Source of the DNA: an uncultured Actinomycetes bacterium
GTDB lineage: Bacteria > Actinomycetota > Thermoleophilia > UBA2241
DNA: 64,000 nucleotides
Assembly: GCA_963755025.1 (NCBI GenBank)
Contig: CAVWIH010000011.1
Span: 32,001-96,000 of the forward strand
Direction: 5' to 3'
A program made the position numbers and the translations under genes. Positions 47,827-58,504 of the stretch are shown piece by piece (the first letter of the stretch is position 1; every line of letters starts with the position of its first letter). Below the pieces are notes generated by a model, which did no database searches, was not told where the DNA came from, and saw nothing but the letters and a program-made list of their open reading frames with translations.

Positions 47827-48822
47827 ATGACCGTCGTTTATCTCCTGGCCGCCCTCGCCATCATCCTGCTGTCCGCCGAGCTGTTCACGAACGGCGTCGA
47901 GTGGTTCGGGCGGCGGTTCGAGCTCGGCGAGGGCGCGGTGGGCAGCGTGCTCGCCGCGGTCGGCACGGCGCTGCCGGAGACCCTCATCCCGGTCATCGCC
48001 ATCCTCTTCACCCACACGTCGGGCTCGCACGACATCGGCATCGGGGCCATCCTCGGGGCGCCCTTCATGCTGTCGAGCCTCACTATGGTGGTCACGGGCA
48101 CAGCCGTCGTGGTCTTCTACTTTCGCGGACGGCGCTCGCTCGATTTTTCGGTGAACGAGCCGGTGCTGCGCCGCGACCTCTCGTTCTTTGTGGTCGCCTA
48201 CGGCCTCGCCATGATCGCCGGCGCCATTCCGGTGCATCACTTCAAGTGGATCCTGTCGCCCTGCCTCATGGCCGCTTACGGCGTGTACGTGTGGCGCACC
48301 ATGAAGGGCGGCGGTCAGCTAGAGGGCGAGACCAAGCCGCTCTACTTTCACCGCCACCCGGTCATGCCGCACCGCCGGCGCATCATCTTGCAGGTCGTGG
48401 TGGCGACGCTCGGCATCATCATCGGGGCGCGCTTCTTCGTGGGCCAGGTGCAGCACGTGAGCTCCACGCTGGGGCTCGACCCGCTGATCGTGTCGCTCAT
48501 CCTGAGCCCGCTCGCCACCGAGCTGCCCGAGAAGTTCAACTCGGTGATCTGGGTGCGCCAGGGCAAGGACACGCTGGCGCTGGGCAACATCACGGGCGCG
48601 ATGGTGTTCCAGAGCACGTTCCCGGTGTCGATCGGCCTGATCTTCACGTCGTGGGAGCTCACGCGCACGGGCCTCATCAGCGGGGTGCTCGCCCTGGTCT
48701 CGGGCTCGGTCTTTTACCTGCAGCTACGCATACGGCACAAGCTGACCTGGTTCACCTTAGCCGGCGCGGGCTCGATGTACGCGATCTACCTGATCTACGT
48801 GATCTTCATCGCCAGGGTCTGA
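47827..48822 (+). CDS. Sodium:calcium antiporter (CaCA family)
   Basis: Alpha repeats AVGTALPE and PLATELPE, LALGNITG. Confidence 0.9.
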   Translation: MTVVYLLAALAIILLSAELFTNGVEWFGRRFELGEGAVGSVLAAVGTALPETLIPVIAILFTHTSGSHDIGIGAILGAPFMLSSLTMVVTGTAVVVFYFRGRRSLDFSVNEPVLRRDLSFFVVAYGLAMIAGAIPVHHFKWILSPCLMAAYGVYVWRTMKGGGQLEGETKPLYFHRHPVMPHRRRIILQVVVATLGIIIGARFFVGQVQHVSSTLGLDPLIVSLILSPLATELPEKFNSVIWVRQGKDTLALGNITGAMVFQSTFPVSIGLIFTSWELTRTGLISGVLALVSGSVFYLQLRIRHKLTWFTLAGAGSMYAIYLIYVIFIARV

Positions 48823-48979
48823 CGGCGCGCGAACGGCAGAGCGCGCGAACGGCACGGCGGCGGAACGGCAGAACGCGCCAGCGGCAGGGCGCGAGCGGCA
48901 GAAGGGGCGAACGACGAAGCGGGCGCGTCGGGCGGCGAAGCCCTGAGACCGGCGACTCGAGCGGCGCGGGGTCGCGCGA

Positions 48980-50959
48980 CTACTGCGTGACCCAGATGGT
49001 GACCGTGCTGCCGGCCGGCGCCGAGCCGCTGCTGGGGCTCTGCTTGTAGACGAACCCCGAACCGAGGCTGCTCGGTCCCTTCTTGATCGCCACCACGAAG
49101 CCGTCGTTGGTGAGGGTCTGCTCGGCCAGGGTCTGCGGCTCGGTGACCACGCTGGGCACCGGGACCGGCGTGCCGGTCGGGCTGCCCGAGGTGGTCGGCG
49201 TGGGAGTGGGCGTGCCGCTGCTGATCGTGAACGACACCGTGGCGCCCCTGGCGACGAGCACGTTGGCCGACGGGCTCTGACTGACCACCTGTCCGACCGG
49301 CACGGAGCTGCTCGTCGTCGAGTTGATCGTGCCGACGAGCAGTCCGGCGTTCTGGATGGCGGTGGTCGCCTGACTCTGGTCGAGCCCCGAGAGGTCGGGC
49401 ACGCTGACCTGCGGCTGGCCGCGACTCACCCAGTAGTCGACGGTGTCGCCCCGGTTGACCGTGACCCCGGCCTGCGGGCTCTGCTTGTAGACCTCGCCCT
49501 TGGGCACGGTCGTCGAGCTGCCCGCGTGCTCTTTGCCCACCAGACCGTTCGCAGCGAGGTAGGTCTTGACGGCGGCCGGCGTGAAGCCGGTCAGGCTCTC
49601 GAGTGTCGTCGAAGCCCTGCCGCGGCTCACCCAGATGTCGACCATGCCGCCCTTGGCCAGCTTGGCGCCGCTCGGCGGCTGCTGGCGGGTGACGAGCCCG
49701 ACGCCGTACTGGTCGGAGTAGTCGTTGTGGACCGTGACGGCAAAGCCGGCGGTGCGCAGCTGCGTGGTGGCGGCCGCCTGGGCCTGGCCCACGACCGAAG
49801 GCACGCCGGTGGTGGTGGCGCCGAAGAACGAGCGCCACACGAAGGCGCCGGCCACCGCGGCGATCACAAGAAAGGCGATCACCGCGATCCAGGGCCACAC
49901 CGAGCGTTTGCGGCGCCGGCCGTCGCGGCCGTTGCCGCCCTGGCCGTTGCCGCGACCGTTCGTGGTGCGGCCGTTCGCGGCGGCGGTACCCGCCGCCGCG
50001 CCCGCGCCGGCCGCCAGGCCGGCGCCCACGGCGGCCTTGGGCAGCACGCGCGTGGCGCCCTCGTTGCCGGCCGGCGACTGCACGATGGTGCGCTCCATCG
50101 ACGGGTCGTAGGTGGCGGCGAGCAACGGCCCGCCGCTGCGCGCCGACACGAGGTCGGCGCTGAACTCGGCGGCCGTGCGGTAGCGCAGGTCGGGGTCTTT
50201 GGCGAGCGCCTTGATCACGATCTGGTTGAGCGAGTACGGCAGCCCGGGCACGAGCTCGACGGGCTCGGGCGGCTGTTCGTTGACGTGCTTCAGGGCCACC
50301 GTGACGGCGCTGTCGCCGCGGAAGGGCAGCGAGCCGGTGAGCATCTCGAAGACGACGACGCCCACCGAGTACAGGTCGGTGCGTTCGTCGACGGGCTCGC
50401 CCTTGGCCTGCTCGGGCGCCAGGTACTGGGCGGTGCCCAGAATGGAGCCGGCCTCGGTCATCTGCGAGTCGTCGGCCTTGGCGATGCCGAAGTCGGTGAC
50501 CTTCACCGCGCCGCTCGTGTCGATCAGGATGTTCTGCGACTTGATGTCGCGGTGCACGATGTGGTTGGCGTGGGCGACCTCGACGGCGCCGAGCAGCTCA
50601 AGGGCTATGCGGACGGCCTCGCCGGGGCCGTAGCGGCCCTCGCGGCGGATGTGGTCTTTGAGCGTCTCGCCCTCGACGTACTCCATGACGATGTAGTACG
50701 TGCCGTCGACCGGGCCCCAGTCGTAGATGTTGACGATGTTGGGGTGGTTGATGCGGGCCGCGGCCTGGGCCTCGCGGCGAAAGCGCTCGACGAACTGGGC
50801 GTCGCCCGCGTAGCGCTGGAGCAGCACCTTGACCGCCACGCGCCGGCCGAGCGTCGTGTCTTCGGCAAGGTAGACGTCGGCCATGCCGCCCGCGCCGAGC
50901 TTGCGCAGCACGCGGTAGCGGCCGGCGATGACCTGTCCTTGTTCGAATCCGTCCGTCAA
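48980..50959 (-). CDS. pknB: PASTA-domain Ser/Thr kinase PknB
   Basis: [35 protein letters not shown], four PASTA repeats. Confidence 0.95.
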   Translation of the reverse strand: MTDGFEQGQVIAGRYRVLRKLGAGGMADVYLAEDTTLGRRVAVKVLLQRYAGDAQFVERFRREAQAAARINHPNIVNIYDWGPVDGTYYIVMEYVEGETLKDHIRREGRYGPGEAVRIALELLGAVEVAHANHIVHRDIKSQNILIDTSGAVKVTDFGIAKADDSQMTEAGSILGTAQYLAPEQAKGEPVDERTDLYSVGVVVFEMLTGSLPFRGDSAVTVALKHVNEQPPEPVELVPGLPYSLNQIVIKALAKDPDLRYRTAAEFSADLVSARSGGPLLAATYDPSMERTIVQSPAGNEGATRVLPKAAVGAGLAAGAGAAAGTAAANGRTTNGRGNGQGGNGRDGRRRKRSVWPWIAVIAFLVIAAVAGAFVWRSFFGATTTGVPSVVGQAQAAATTQLRTAGFAVTVHNDYSDQYGVGLVTRQQPPSGAKLAKGGMVDIWVSRGRASTTLESLTGFTPAAVKTYLAANGLVGKEHAGSSTTVPKGEVYKQSPQAGVTVNRGDTVDYWVSRGQPQVSVPDLSGLDQSQATTAIQNAGLLVGTINSTTSSSVPVGQVVSQSPSANVLVARGATVSFTISSGTPTPTPTTSGSPTGTPVPVPSVVTEPQTLAEQTLTNDGFVVAIKKGPSSLGSGFVYKQSPSSGSAPAGSTVTIWVTQ

Positions 50960-51020
50960 AAGCTCCTCGCCTTCAACTTACCACACCGGCTCATCGACTC
51001 CTGCCCGGCCGAGCCGCCGC

Positions 51021-52451
51021 TCACGGCAGCGCGGGCTGGGCCAGCGCCGCCTTGATGACCTGCGCCGCGAGCGGCGCGGCCACGTCGCCGCCGGTGAACT
51101 GCGTGTTCTCGATGGTCACCGCGACGGCGATCCTGGGATGGTCGGCCGGCGCGAAGGCGATGAACCAGGCGACGTTGCTGTTGCCGCGCTGCGCCGTGCC
51201 GGTCTTGCCCGCCACCTGGATGCCCGACAGGGCGGCGGCGGTGCCGGTGCCGGCGTTCACGACCTGCTGCATCATGACGTTCAGGGTCTGCGCGGTGGCC
51301 GGCGTGGTGGCGATCGTCCACAGGCTCGGCTGCGCGCGCTGCAGCACCGCGCCCGAGGGCGCCGTGACGCGCTGCACCAGGTAGGGCTTCATGACCCGGC
51401 CGGCGTCGGCCACGCCGGCGGCCACCAGCGCCATCTGCAGCGGGGTGGCCAGCACGTTCTCCTGACCGACGGCGGCCCAGGCCACGTCGAGCGGGTTCAT
51501 GGCGGCGCCGGCCGACAGCAGGTGGGGGCCCTTGAAGCGGCCGCTCGGGTAGACCATGCCGCGCGGCAGCTCGAGCGGCGGCGTCTGGTAAAAGCCGTAG
51601 GCCCGCATCTGCGCGATAAGCGCCTGCTGGCCGATCAGCGTGCCCACCTTGGCGAAGGTCGTGTTGACCGAGTCGGTCAGGGCCTCGGTGAAGTCGTGCG
51701 TGCCGAAGACCTCGCCGTGGTAGTTGGTGACCTTGCCGCCGTAGATGGCGTACGTGCCGGTGTCGTCGAAGCTCGTGGTCGGCGTGACCTTGCCCAGGTT
51801 GAGCGCGGCGGTCGCGGTCACCACCTTGAACGACGAGCCCGGCGGGTAGAGGCCCTGCGTGACGCGCGACAGCAGCGGCGCGCCGGCGTCTTTGGAGAGG
51901 CGTGCGAAGCTCGTGTCGATCGTCGCCGGGTCGTAGCTGGGCGCCGAGGCGGCGGCGATGATCGCGCCGGTGCTGGGGTCGAGCGCCACGATGGCCCCGA
52001 CCTGCGAGCCCAGGGCGCTCTGCGCCACCTTCTGCACGGCCGGCACGATGGTGAGCCGCACGTTGGCGCCCGGGCTGTGGCGGCCGAGCACCTTGTCGAT
52101 CAGCCCCTGCGTGCCCAGGTCGGCGCCGCTCAGGTAGGCGTTCATCGACGACTCTATGCCGGTCAGCCCGTAGCGCACGCTGTCGTAGCCCACGATCTGC
52201 GGCGCCAGCGGGCCCTGCGGATAGGTGCGCGAGTAAAAGCCCGAGCGCTGCGCGTCGCCCACGATCGTCGAGCCGTCGAAGCCCTGGATGAGGCCGCGCT
52301 TGACGCGCAACTGCTGGGCGATCAGGCGGTGGTTCTCGGGGGCGTGCTGCAGCGCCTTGGCGTGGAAGACCTGGAGCCACACGAGGTTGCCCATGAGGGC
52401 GATCATGAGGAGCGTCCCCACGAGGAAGATGCGATTGATGGCGCGGTCCAT
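51021..52451 (-). CDS. pbpA: Penicillin-binding protein PbpA
   Basis: YPPGSSFK (SxxK), SVN, AGKTGTAQ, AWFIAFAP. Confidence 0.92.
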   Translation of the reverse strand: MDRAINRIFLVGTLLMIALMGNLVWLQVFHAKALQHAPENHRLIAQQLRVKRGLIQGFDGSTIVGDAQRSGFYSRTYPQGPLAPQIVGYDSVRYGLTGIESSMNAYLSGADLGTQGLIDKVLGRHSPGANVRLTIVPAVQKVAQSALGSQVGAIVALDPSTGAIIAAASAPSYDPATIDTSFARLSKDAGAPLLSRVTQGLYPPGSSFKVVTATAALNLGKVTPTTSFDDTGTYAIYGGKVTNYHGEVFGTHDFTEALTDSVNTTFAKVGTLIGQQALIAQMRAYGFYQTPPLELPRGMVYPSGRFKGPHLLSAGAAMNPLDVAWAAVGQENVLATPLQMALVAAGVADAGRVMKPYLVQRVTAPSGAVLQRAQPSLWTIATTPATAQTLNVMMQQVVNAGTGTAAALSGIQVAGKTGTAQRGNSNVAWFIAFAPADHPRIAVAVTIENTQFTGGDVAAPLAAQVIKAALAQPALP

Positions 52452-52460
52452 CGGCTCCCC

Positions 52461-53784
52461 CTACGACAGCTCGGCCAGGCGCAGCCGCTCGGTCGTGCTG
52501 CCCGCCTCGACCACCATGCTGCGGTGCGACACCATGAGCAGCAGCGCGACGAGCACGAGGTTGGCGGTGAGCGAGCTGCCGCCGTAGCTCACGAAGGGCA
52601 GCGTGATGCCGGTCAGCGGAATGAGGCGCGTGACGCCGCCCACGATGATGAAGCTCTGCAGGCCGAACACGGTGGCCAGGCCGGCCGCCAGCAGCTTGGA
52701 GAAGCCGTCGGTGGCGTGCAGCGCTATGTGGTAGCCGCGCCACGTGAAGAGCAGGTAGAGCAGGATGAGGCCGATGCCGCCCACCAGGCCGAGCTCGTTG
52801 GCCACCGCGCTGAAGATGAAGTCGGTCTGCAGCTCGGGCACGGTCGGGCACGTGGTTGGCGTACAGCAGGTAACCGCGGCCGAAGCCGGCCCCCACGAGG
52901 CCGCCGTCGGCGATGGCGAACAGCGACTGCAGGAGCTGATAGCCGCTGGTCGCGGCCGTGTGCCAGGGGTCGAGCCATATGGCGAAGCGTTCGTGCACGT
53001 GTGAGACGTACTGGTAGGCGCCGCCCGCCCCCACGGCGAACAGCACGGCGCCGGCGACCACGTAGGCGACCCTCGTGGTGGCCACGTAGAGCATGGCGAT
53101 GAAGGTCGCCATGAACAGCAGCGACATGCCGAAGTCCTTCATGAAGACCAGCATGAACAGCGACAGCACCCACATGATGAGCAGCGGCCCGAAGTACTTG
53201 AGGGCCGGCACCGGCACGCCGGCAAGGCGCGCGGTGGGCACCGACAGCATCTCCTTGTTCTGGTTCAGGTAGCCGGCCAGAAAGATGACGATGGCGATCT
53301 TGGCGAACTCCGACGGCTGGATCGAAAAGCCCGCGACGCGCACCCACAGGCGGGCGCCGTTGACGCTCGTGCCGGCCACGATGGTGACGGCCAGCAGGGC
53401 CAGGCCGACCGCGCCGATGACGTAGCGGTAGAGGTCGAGGCGGTGGACGTCGCGCACCACGAGCACGGTGGCCACAAAGAGCGCCACGCCGATCAGCAGC
53501 CACTCGCCCTGCTTCAGCGCGAGGGCGGGCGAGATGCGGTAGATCTCGGTGAGGCCGATGGCCGACAGCAGCGCCGCGATGGGCACGAGGTAGGGGTCGG
53601 CCTGCGCCAGGTAGCGGCGCTCGGCGACGTGGATCACGAGAAAAAGCACCAGGAAGATGACGCCGGTGACCACCGAGTCGCGGCGCAAGTCGTGAAAGCG
53701 CGCCGCGTAGACCGAGGCATAGGCGACGGTCGCCGCCACGCCGACCAGCGCCAGCAGCGCCAGCTCGGCGTTGCGCCTGCTCAA
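52461..53784 (-). CDS. rodA: SEDS family glycosyltransferase RodA (frameshift near 52845)
   Basis: NGARLW, IQPSEFAK, KDFG, WLDPW, YQLLQS, PE.QTDFIF, PLTGITLPFVSYGGSS. Confidence 0.92.
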
Positions 53785-55130
53785 GGCACGGCCTGCGCCT
53801 GACGCGCCAGCGCCAGCGCCGCCGCCTTGCGATGCAGGTCGTGCCGTTCGACCCGGGCGCGCACGCCGGGCGCCACCGCGACGAGCGGCATGGTGGTCTG
53901 CAGGTAGAGGCCGTTCAGGCGGATGCCGGCGACGCTCACGGGCAGGCCGCGATACACGCTGACCATGCCGTCGTGCTCGCCCACGAAGTAGACGTCGCTG
54001 GCGACCGCGCCGGCGGCGACGCAGAACAGGAGTAGCACGGCCACTGCGGCGGCGAGCCACAGGCGGCGCCGTCGGCGGCGCGGCGCGGGCGGAGCGCCGG
54101 CGGCGACGTCGTCGCCCGCGGCACCATCACCCGTGGCCGCGACGTCGGTTTCGGCGTCGTCACGCGTGGCGGCGACGTCGGATTCGGCGGCGTCTTCGGC
54201 GCCGCCGTCACCGGTGGCGCCGCCATCGTCGCCGTCGTCGGCGCCGCCCGCGCCCTCGTCGGCGTATCCGGGCGCGCCCGCGCCCTCGGCGTCGCCCGCC
54301 TCGGGGGAGAGATCGAGATCGCCTGTGGTCTCGTCGTCGAGCGCCGGCAGCGCCACGGTGGCGGCTTCGGCGCCGGCCACGGGCAGCGCCGCGGTGGCCG
54401 CCTCGGCGGCCGGCACGGCGTCGTCGGCCGCCTGGTCGAGGCGCAGCACGATGACGGTGATGTTGTCGTGGCCGCCCTCGTTCTTGGCTTCGCGAACAAG
54501 GCGGCGCGCCGCGCGCAGCGGGTCGTCGACGGCGGCGAGCACGGCGGCGATGGTGAGCTCGGGGACCATGGAGTACAGACCGTCGCTGCACAGCAGCAGG
54601 CCGTCGCCGGCGCGCAGCTCGACCTCGCCGCCGTCGACCTCGACGAGCGGTTCGGTGCCGAGCGCGCGGCTCAGGATGCTGCGCTGCGGGTGCGACAGGG
54701 CGGCCTCGCGGGTGAGGTGGCCCTCGCGCACCATCTCGCCGACCAGCGAGTGGTCGTCGGTGACCTGCTCGAGGGTCTCGTCGCGCCACAGGTAAAGGCG
54801 GCTGTCGCCGACGTGGGCGAACTCGAGGCGGTCGTCGTTGAGCAGGGCGGCGGTGAGGGTGGTGCCCATGCCGGCGCGCGCCCGGTCGGAGCGCGATTCG
54901 CGGTAGACGCGTTCGTTGGCGACCTGCGCGGCGTGGGCCAGCGTGGCGCCGTCGGCGAGGTCGGCGGCCAGCGCGTCGAGCGCCAGGTGCGAGGCGATCT
55001 CGCCGGCCTGGGCGCCGCCCATGCCGTCGGCCACGGCCACCAGGGGCAGCTCGTCGACGAAGGCGTCTTCGTTGCCCGACCTGTGAAGACCGATGTCGGT
55101 CAGCGCCGCGTGGCGGACGACGAGGGTCAC
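53781..55130 (-). CDS. pstP: PP2C-family Ser/Thr phosphatase PstP/Stp1 with TM
   Basis: R..NED, VADGMGG, GMGTT, HVGDSR.Y, LLCSDGL, GG.DNITV. Confidence 0.93.
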   Translation of the reverse strand: MTLVVRHAALTDIGLHRSGNEDAFVDELPLVAVADGMGGAQAGEIASHLALDALAADLADGATLAHAAQVANERVYRESRSDRARAGMGTTLTAALLNDDRLEFAHVGDSRLYLWRDETLEQVTDDHSLVGEMVREGHLTREAALSHPQRSILSRALGTEPLVEVDGGEVELRAGDGLLLCSDGLYSMVPELTIAAVLAAVDDPLRAARRLVREAKNEGGHDNITVIVLRLDQAADDAVPAAEAATAALPVAGAEAATVALPALDDETTGDLDLSPEAGDAEGAGAPGYADEGAGGADDGDDGGATGDGGAEDAAESDVAATRDDAETDVAATGDGAAGDDVAAGAPPAPRRRRRRLWLAAAVAVLLLFCVAAGAVASDVYFVGEHDGMVSVYRGLPVSVAGIRLNGLYLQTTMPLVAVAPGVRARVERHDLHRKAAALALARQAQAVP

Positions 55131-55137
55131 GCTACGG

Positions 55138-55719
55138 TCACTCCTCGTAGCGGAAGATCGTCTCGCCGATACGCACTTCGGTGTCGAGCATGAGCTGTGC
55201 CTCGACCACCTCGCGGCCGTTGACGAAGGTGCCGTTGGTGCTGCCCAGGTCTTCGACGAAGTGCAACTGGCCGCGCGGCACGACGCGGGCGTGCGTCTGG
55301 CTGACGAAGGGGTCGTCGAGCACCAGGTCGCTCGACGGCGAGCGCCCGATCATGATCCAGCCCTCGAGCCTGACGGTGGTGCCGACGGCCAGCACGGGGC
55401 TCGACTCGACCACGAGGCGGGGGTCGATGTGCGCCATGAGGTCGAGCGACTCGCCGGGCATGGTGCGCTCGGTCTGGCGCTGCTCGCGACGCTGGCGGCG
55501 CTCGGAGGGCGTGGCCACGGGCACGGCCGGCTCGATCGCCGTGAGCGACGCGGGTGACGGCCCCGGTCCGGGCGTGGGCGCGCGAGGCGGCGGCGCCTGG
55601 CGCGCCTCGCCGCCGCCCGAGCGCACGTCGCGCACGGTGCGGCGCACCACGAAGAAGACGAACAGGAACAGCAGGACGAGAAAGACGATCTTGAGGATGA
55701 AGAGCACGGTGTCTAGCAT
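55138..55719 (-). CDS. fhaB: Membrane-anchored FHA protein FhaB
   Basis: N-terminal TM; IGRS..SD..LDD.FVSQ.HAR, EDLGSTNGTFVNG. Confidence 0.88.
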   Translation of the reverse strand: MLDTVLFILKIVFLVLLFLFVFFVVRRTVRDVRSGGGEARQAPPPRAPTPGPGPSPASLTAIEPAVPVATPSERRQRREQRQTERTMPGESLDLMAHIDPRLVVESSPVLAVGTTVRLEGWIMIGRSPSSDLVLDDPFVSQTHARVVPRGQLHFVEDLGSTNGTFVNGREVVEAQLMLDTEVRIGETIFRYEE

Positions 55720-56516
55720 GGCCTGGTCTCGAAGCTCAGGCTGGTGGTGCCGAGTTGCAGCCGGTCGCCATCGGCGAGCGCGACGCGTTTCACCTCCCGG
55801 CCATTGACGAGGATGCCGTTGGTCGACTCGAGGTCGACCACGACGTAACCGTCGGCCTCGCGGCGCACTTCGGCGTGGCGCCGCGACACGTTGGGGTCGT
55901 TGATGACGACGTCGCACTGGCGGCTGCGGCCCAGCACGGTGGCCGGGCCGTCGAGGCGGTAGACGCGCTCGCCGCGCACCAGCACGGCGCACAGGCGCTG
56001 CCCGGGCGCGACCGGCGCGGCCGCCGCGACGCCGGCGGCCGGCGGCTGAAAGACGATGGTCTGCGACAGGTTGGAGGGCGGCGCGGCCGGCGTGACGACC
56101 AGGCCGGTGGGCGGCGGCGTGACGGCCACGCCCGGCTCGGGAGCGCCCTGCGCGCCCATGTGGGCGGCGATGCCGAACTCGCCCAGGGCGAGGTCGTCGT
56201 CGGAGTGCAGCGATATGCGCGGCGTCGCGACGAGGGTCCAGCTCTCGCGGTTGGCGTAGGCCACGAGGTAGCTCGCCAGGTCTTCGACCAGCGGGCCCTC
56301 GAACGAGCTCAACTGCTCGTAGTCGGCCGGCGACAGGTAGACCTCGTACTCGCTGGGCACGTAGACGCGCGAGACGCTGACCGTCTTGTGGTCGCTCATC
56401 TCCTTGGCCAGCTTGTGCGCCAGCTCGACCGGCTGCACGCTCGACTTGAAGGCGCGGCCGAACATGCCCTCGACCATCTTCTCCATGTGCTTCTCGATCG
56501 ACTTGAGTACGTTCAA
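55713..56516 (-). CDS. fhaA: FhaA (DUF3662 + FHA)
   Basis: FGRAFKSSVQPVELA..L..EM, LGRS..CD.VINDPNVSRRHA, DLESTNG. Confidence 0.9.
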   Translation of the reverse strand: MNVLKSIEKHMEKMVEGMFGRAFKSSVQPVELAHKLAKEMSDHKTVSVSRVYVPSEYEVYLSPADYEQLSSFEGPLVEDLASYLVAYANRESWTLVATPRISLHSDDDLALGEFGIAAHMGAQGAPEPGVAVTPPPTGLVVTPAAPPSNLSQTIVFQPPAAGVAAAAPVAPGQRLCAVLVRGERVYRLDGPATVLGRSRQCDVVINDPNVSRRHAEVRREADGYVVVDLESTNGILVNGREVKRVALADGDRLQLGTTSLSFETRPC

Positions 56517-56580
56517 GCGACGGCTCCCCGCGACGTGTCGGCCCGTGTCAGGCTGCGACTGAAAAGCCTACCACAGGCTC

Positions 56581-58289
56581 TCAAGCTTGATCCCAGATAG
56601 GGTCGCCCTCGGGCACCGGTTCGCGGCGCTCGCCGGGGGTGACGGCGGCCAGCACCAGGCCGCTGGCCACGGCCGCGACCACGACGTTGGCGAGCAGCTC
56701 GTGCGAGGCCACCGGCAGCCGCCAGACCGTGACCGGTACGATCCAGCCCAGCAGGTAGAAGACGCTGAAGGCGAGCGACCACAGCCAGAGGCGCGCTTCG
56801 AGGCGCGGCAGGCGCAGGGCCACGGCCAGGGCCAGCGCCAGTCCGGCCCAGAGCGCCACCTGCAGCACGCAGGGCCAGGTGAGCAGCGCGCGGGCGGCGG
56901 CCACCAGCAGGGCGACCGGGTTGCCCTCGGTGCTCAGGCGCGCGGCCAGGAGCGTGGGCGCCTGGTAGCCGGCAAAGGCGGAGCGCGTGGCGGCGGAGAG
57001 GTCGACGACGAAGAAGGTGACGACCGCCGTCCAGGCGGCGGCCAGCGGGCCGCGGCGGCGGCCCAGGGCGGCCGCCGCGCAGACGGCCAGCAACACGCCC
57101 GAGACCGGCACCAGCACGATGGCCAGCACGGGCCACACGGCGAGCAGCGGACGGCGGCGGAACACGACGAAGCCGACCATGGCGACCGGCAGGTAGACGA
57201 AGCCGGCCGACATGGACACGTTGAACAGGGGGAAGGCGGCCAGGCCCAGCCACAGGGCAAGCCCGACGCGGGGCACGACGAACCAGAGCGCCGCCACCAC
57301 CACGGCCGCGGGCAGCGTCCAGTTCTGCGGGTAGGCCGGCAGGTGGGCGAGCAGGCCGGCCATGCCCACGCCGGCGAGCGTCGCGCCGAGACCGCGCTCG
57401 GCCACCACGCGCAGCCGGCCCAGGGGCGCCAGCAGGCGCCGCGGGCGCAGCCGCCGGCCGCCGTCGAGGCGGCCGGACAGCGCCCGCAGCGCCTCGCCCA
57501 TCTCGTCGGCGGCAGGCCGCGCCGCGGCGTTCGTGGCGCAGGCGGCGGCCACCACGTCGGACAGCTCGCGGGGCAGGTCAGGGCGCAGCGTCTCGAGGGG
57601 CGCGATGCGCCCGGCGAGGATGTTGCCGACGGTCTCGCCGGCGGTCGCGCCGCGCACCGGGTTGCGGCCGGCGAGCAGCTCGTAGAGCAGCACGCCGGCG
57701 GAGTAGACGTCGGTCGGCGAGGCTGACGCGCCGGCCGGCGGCCTGCTCGGGCGACATGTAGGCGACGGTGCCCAGCATCTCGCCCTCGGCGGTCATGGTG
57801 TCGGCGTCGGCCAGGTGGGCGATGCCGAAGTCCATGACCTTCACGACCCCGCGGCCGTCGACCATGACGTTCTGCGGCTTGACGTCGCGGTGCACGATGC
57901 CCCGGCTGTGGGCGTAGGCGAGCGCGTCGCAGAGCTGGCCGGCGGCGGCCACCGCCTCGTCGTCGCGCGAGCTCGCCGGCGAGCTCGGCGAGCGACTCGC
58001 CGCGCACGAGCTCCCAGACGAGAAAGCTGCGCCGGCCGTCGGAGAAGAAGTCGAGCAGGGCGACGATGCCGGGGTGGTCGAGGGCGCGCGCGGCTTCGAC
58101 CTCGCGCACCACGCGGCCGGCGACGGCGCCGCGCTCGTCGACGACCTTGAGGGCGACGTCGGCGCCGGTCTCGAGGTCGAAGGCCTCGTAGACGTCGGCC
58201 GAGCCGCCCGAGCCGATCTTGGCGACGATCTCGTAGCGGTCGCGCCAGTCGGTGTAGACGGGCGTGCGGTCATACGATGACGCGGGCAC
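56581..58289 (-). CDS. Ser/Thr protein kinase with multi-TM C-terminal domain (two frameshifts; start uncertain)
   Basis: [43 protein letters not shown]; ~8 hydrophobic segments in ORF 56581..57693. Confidence 0.85.
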
Positions 58290-58342
58290 TGGCTGACGAG
58301 CCTCCCAAATCGGGGCTGTTGCGGACGCCGCTTGTCGGCGCC

Positions 58343-58370
58343 CTGACACATCTATTCGCTATGGTATAGT
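58343..58370 (+). promoter_or_regulatory. sigma70-type promoter for tRNA-Leu
   Basis: CTGACA-N16-TATAGT with extended -10 TG. Confidence 0.65.
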
Positions 58371-58394
58371 CTTCACCCTGTTCGGGGTCCTTGA

Positions 58395-58481
58395 GGGCGA
58401 GTGGTGAAACTGGCAGACACGCTAGGTTCAGGACCTAGTGCTCGAAAGAGCTTGCGGGTTCAAATCCCGCCTCGCCCACCA
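58395..58481 (+). tRNA. tRNA-Leu (CAG)
   Basis: GGGCGAG acceptor stem, CTAGG-TTCAGGA-CCTAG anticodon arm, long variable arm, GGTTCAAATCC, ACCA end. Confidence 0.96.
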
Positions 58482-58504
58482 TCTCTTCGGCCGGGGAGAA
58501 ACCA

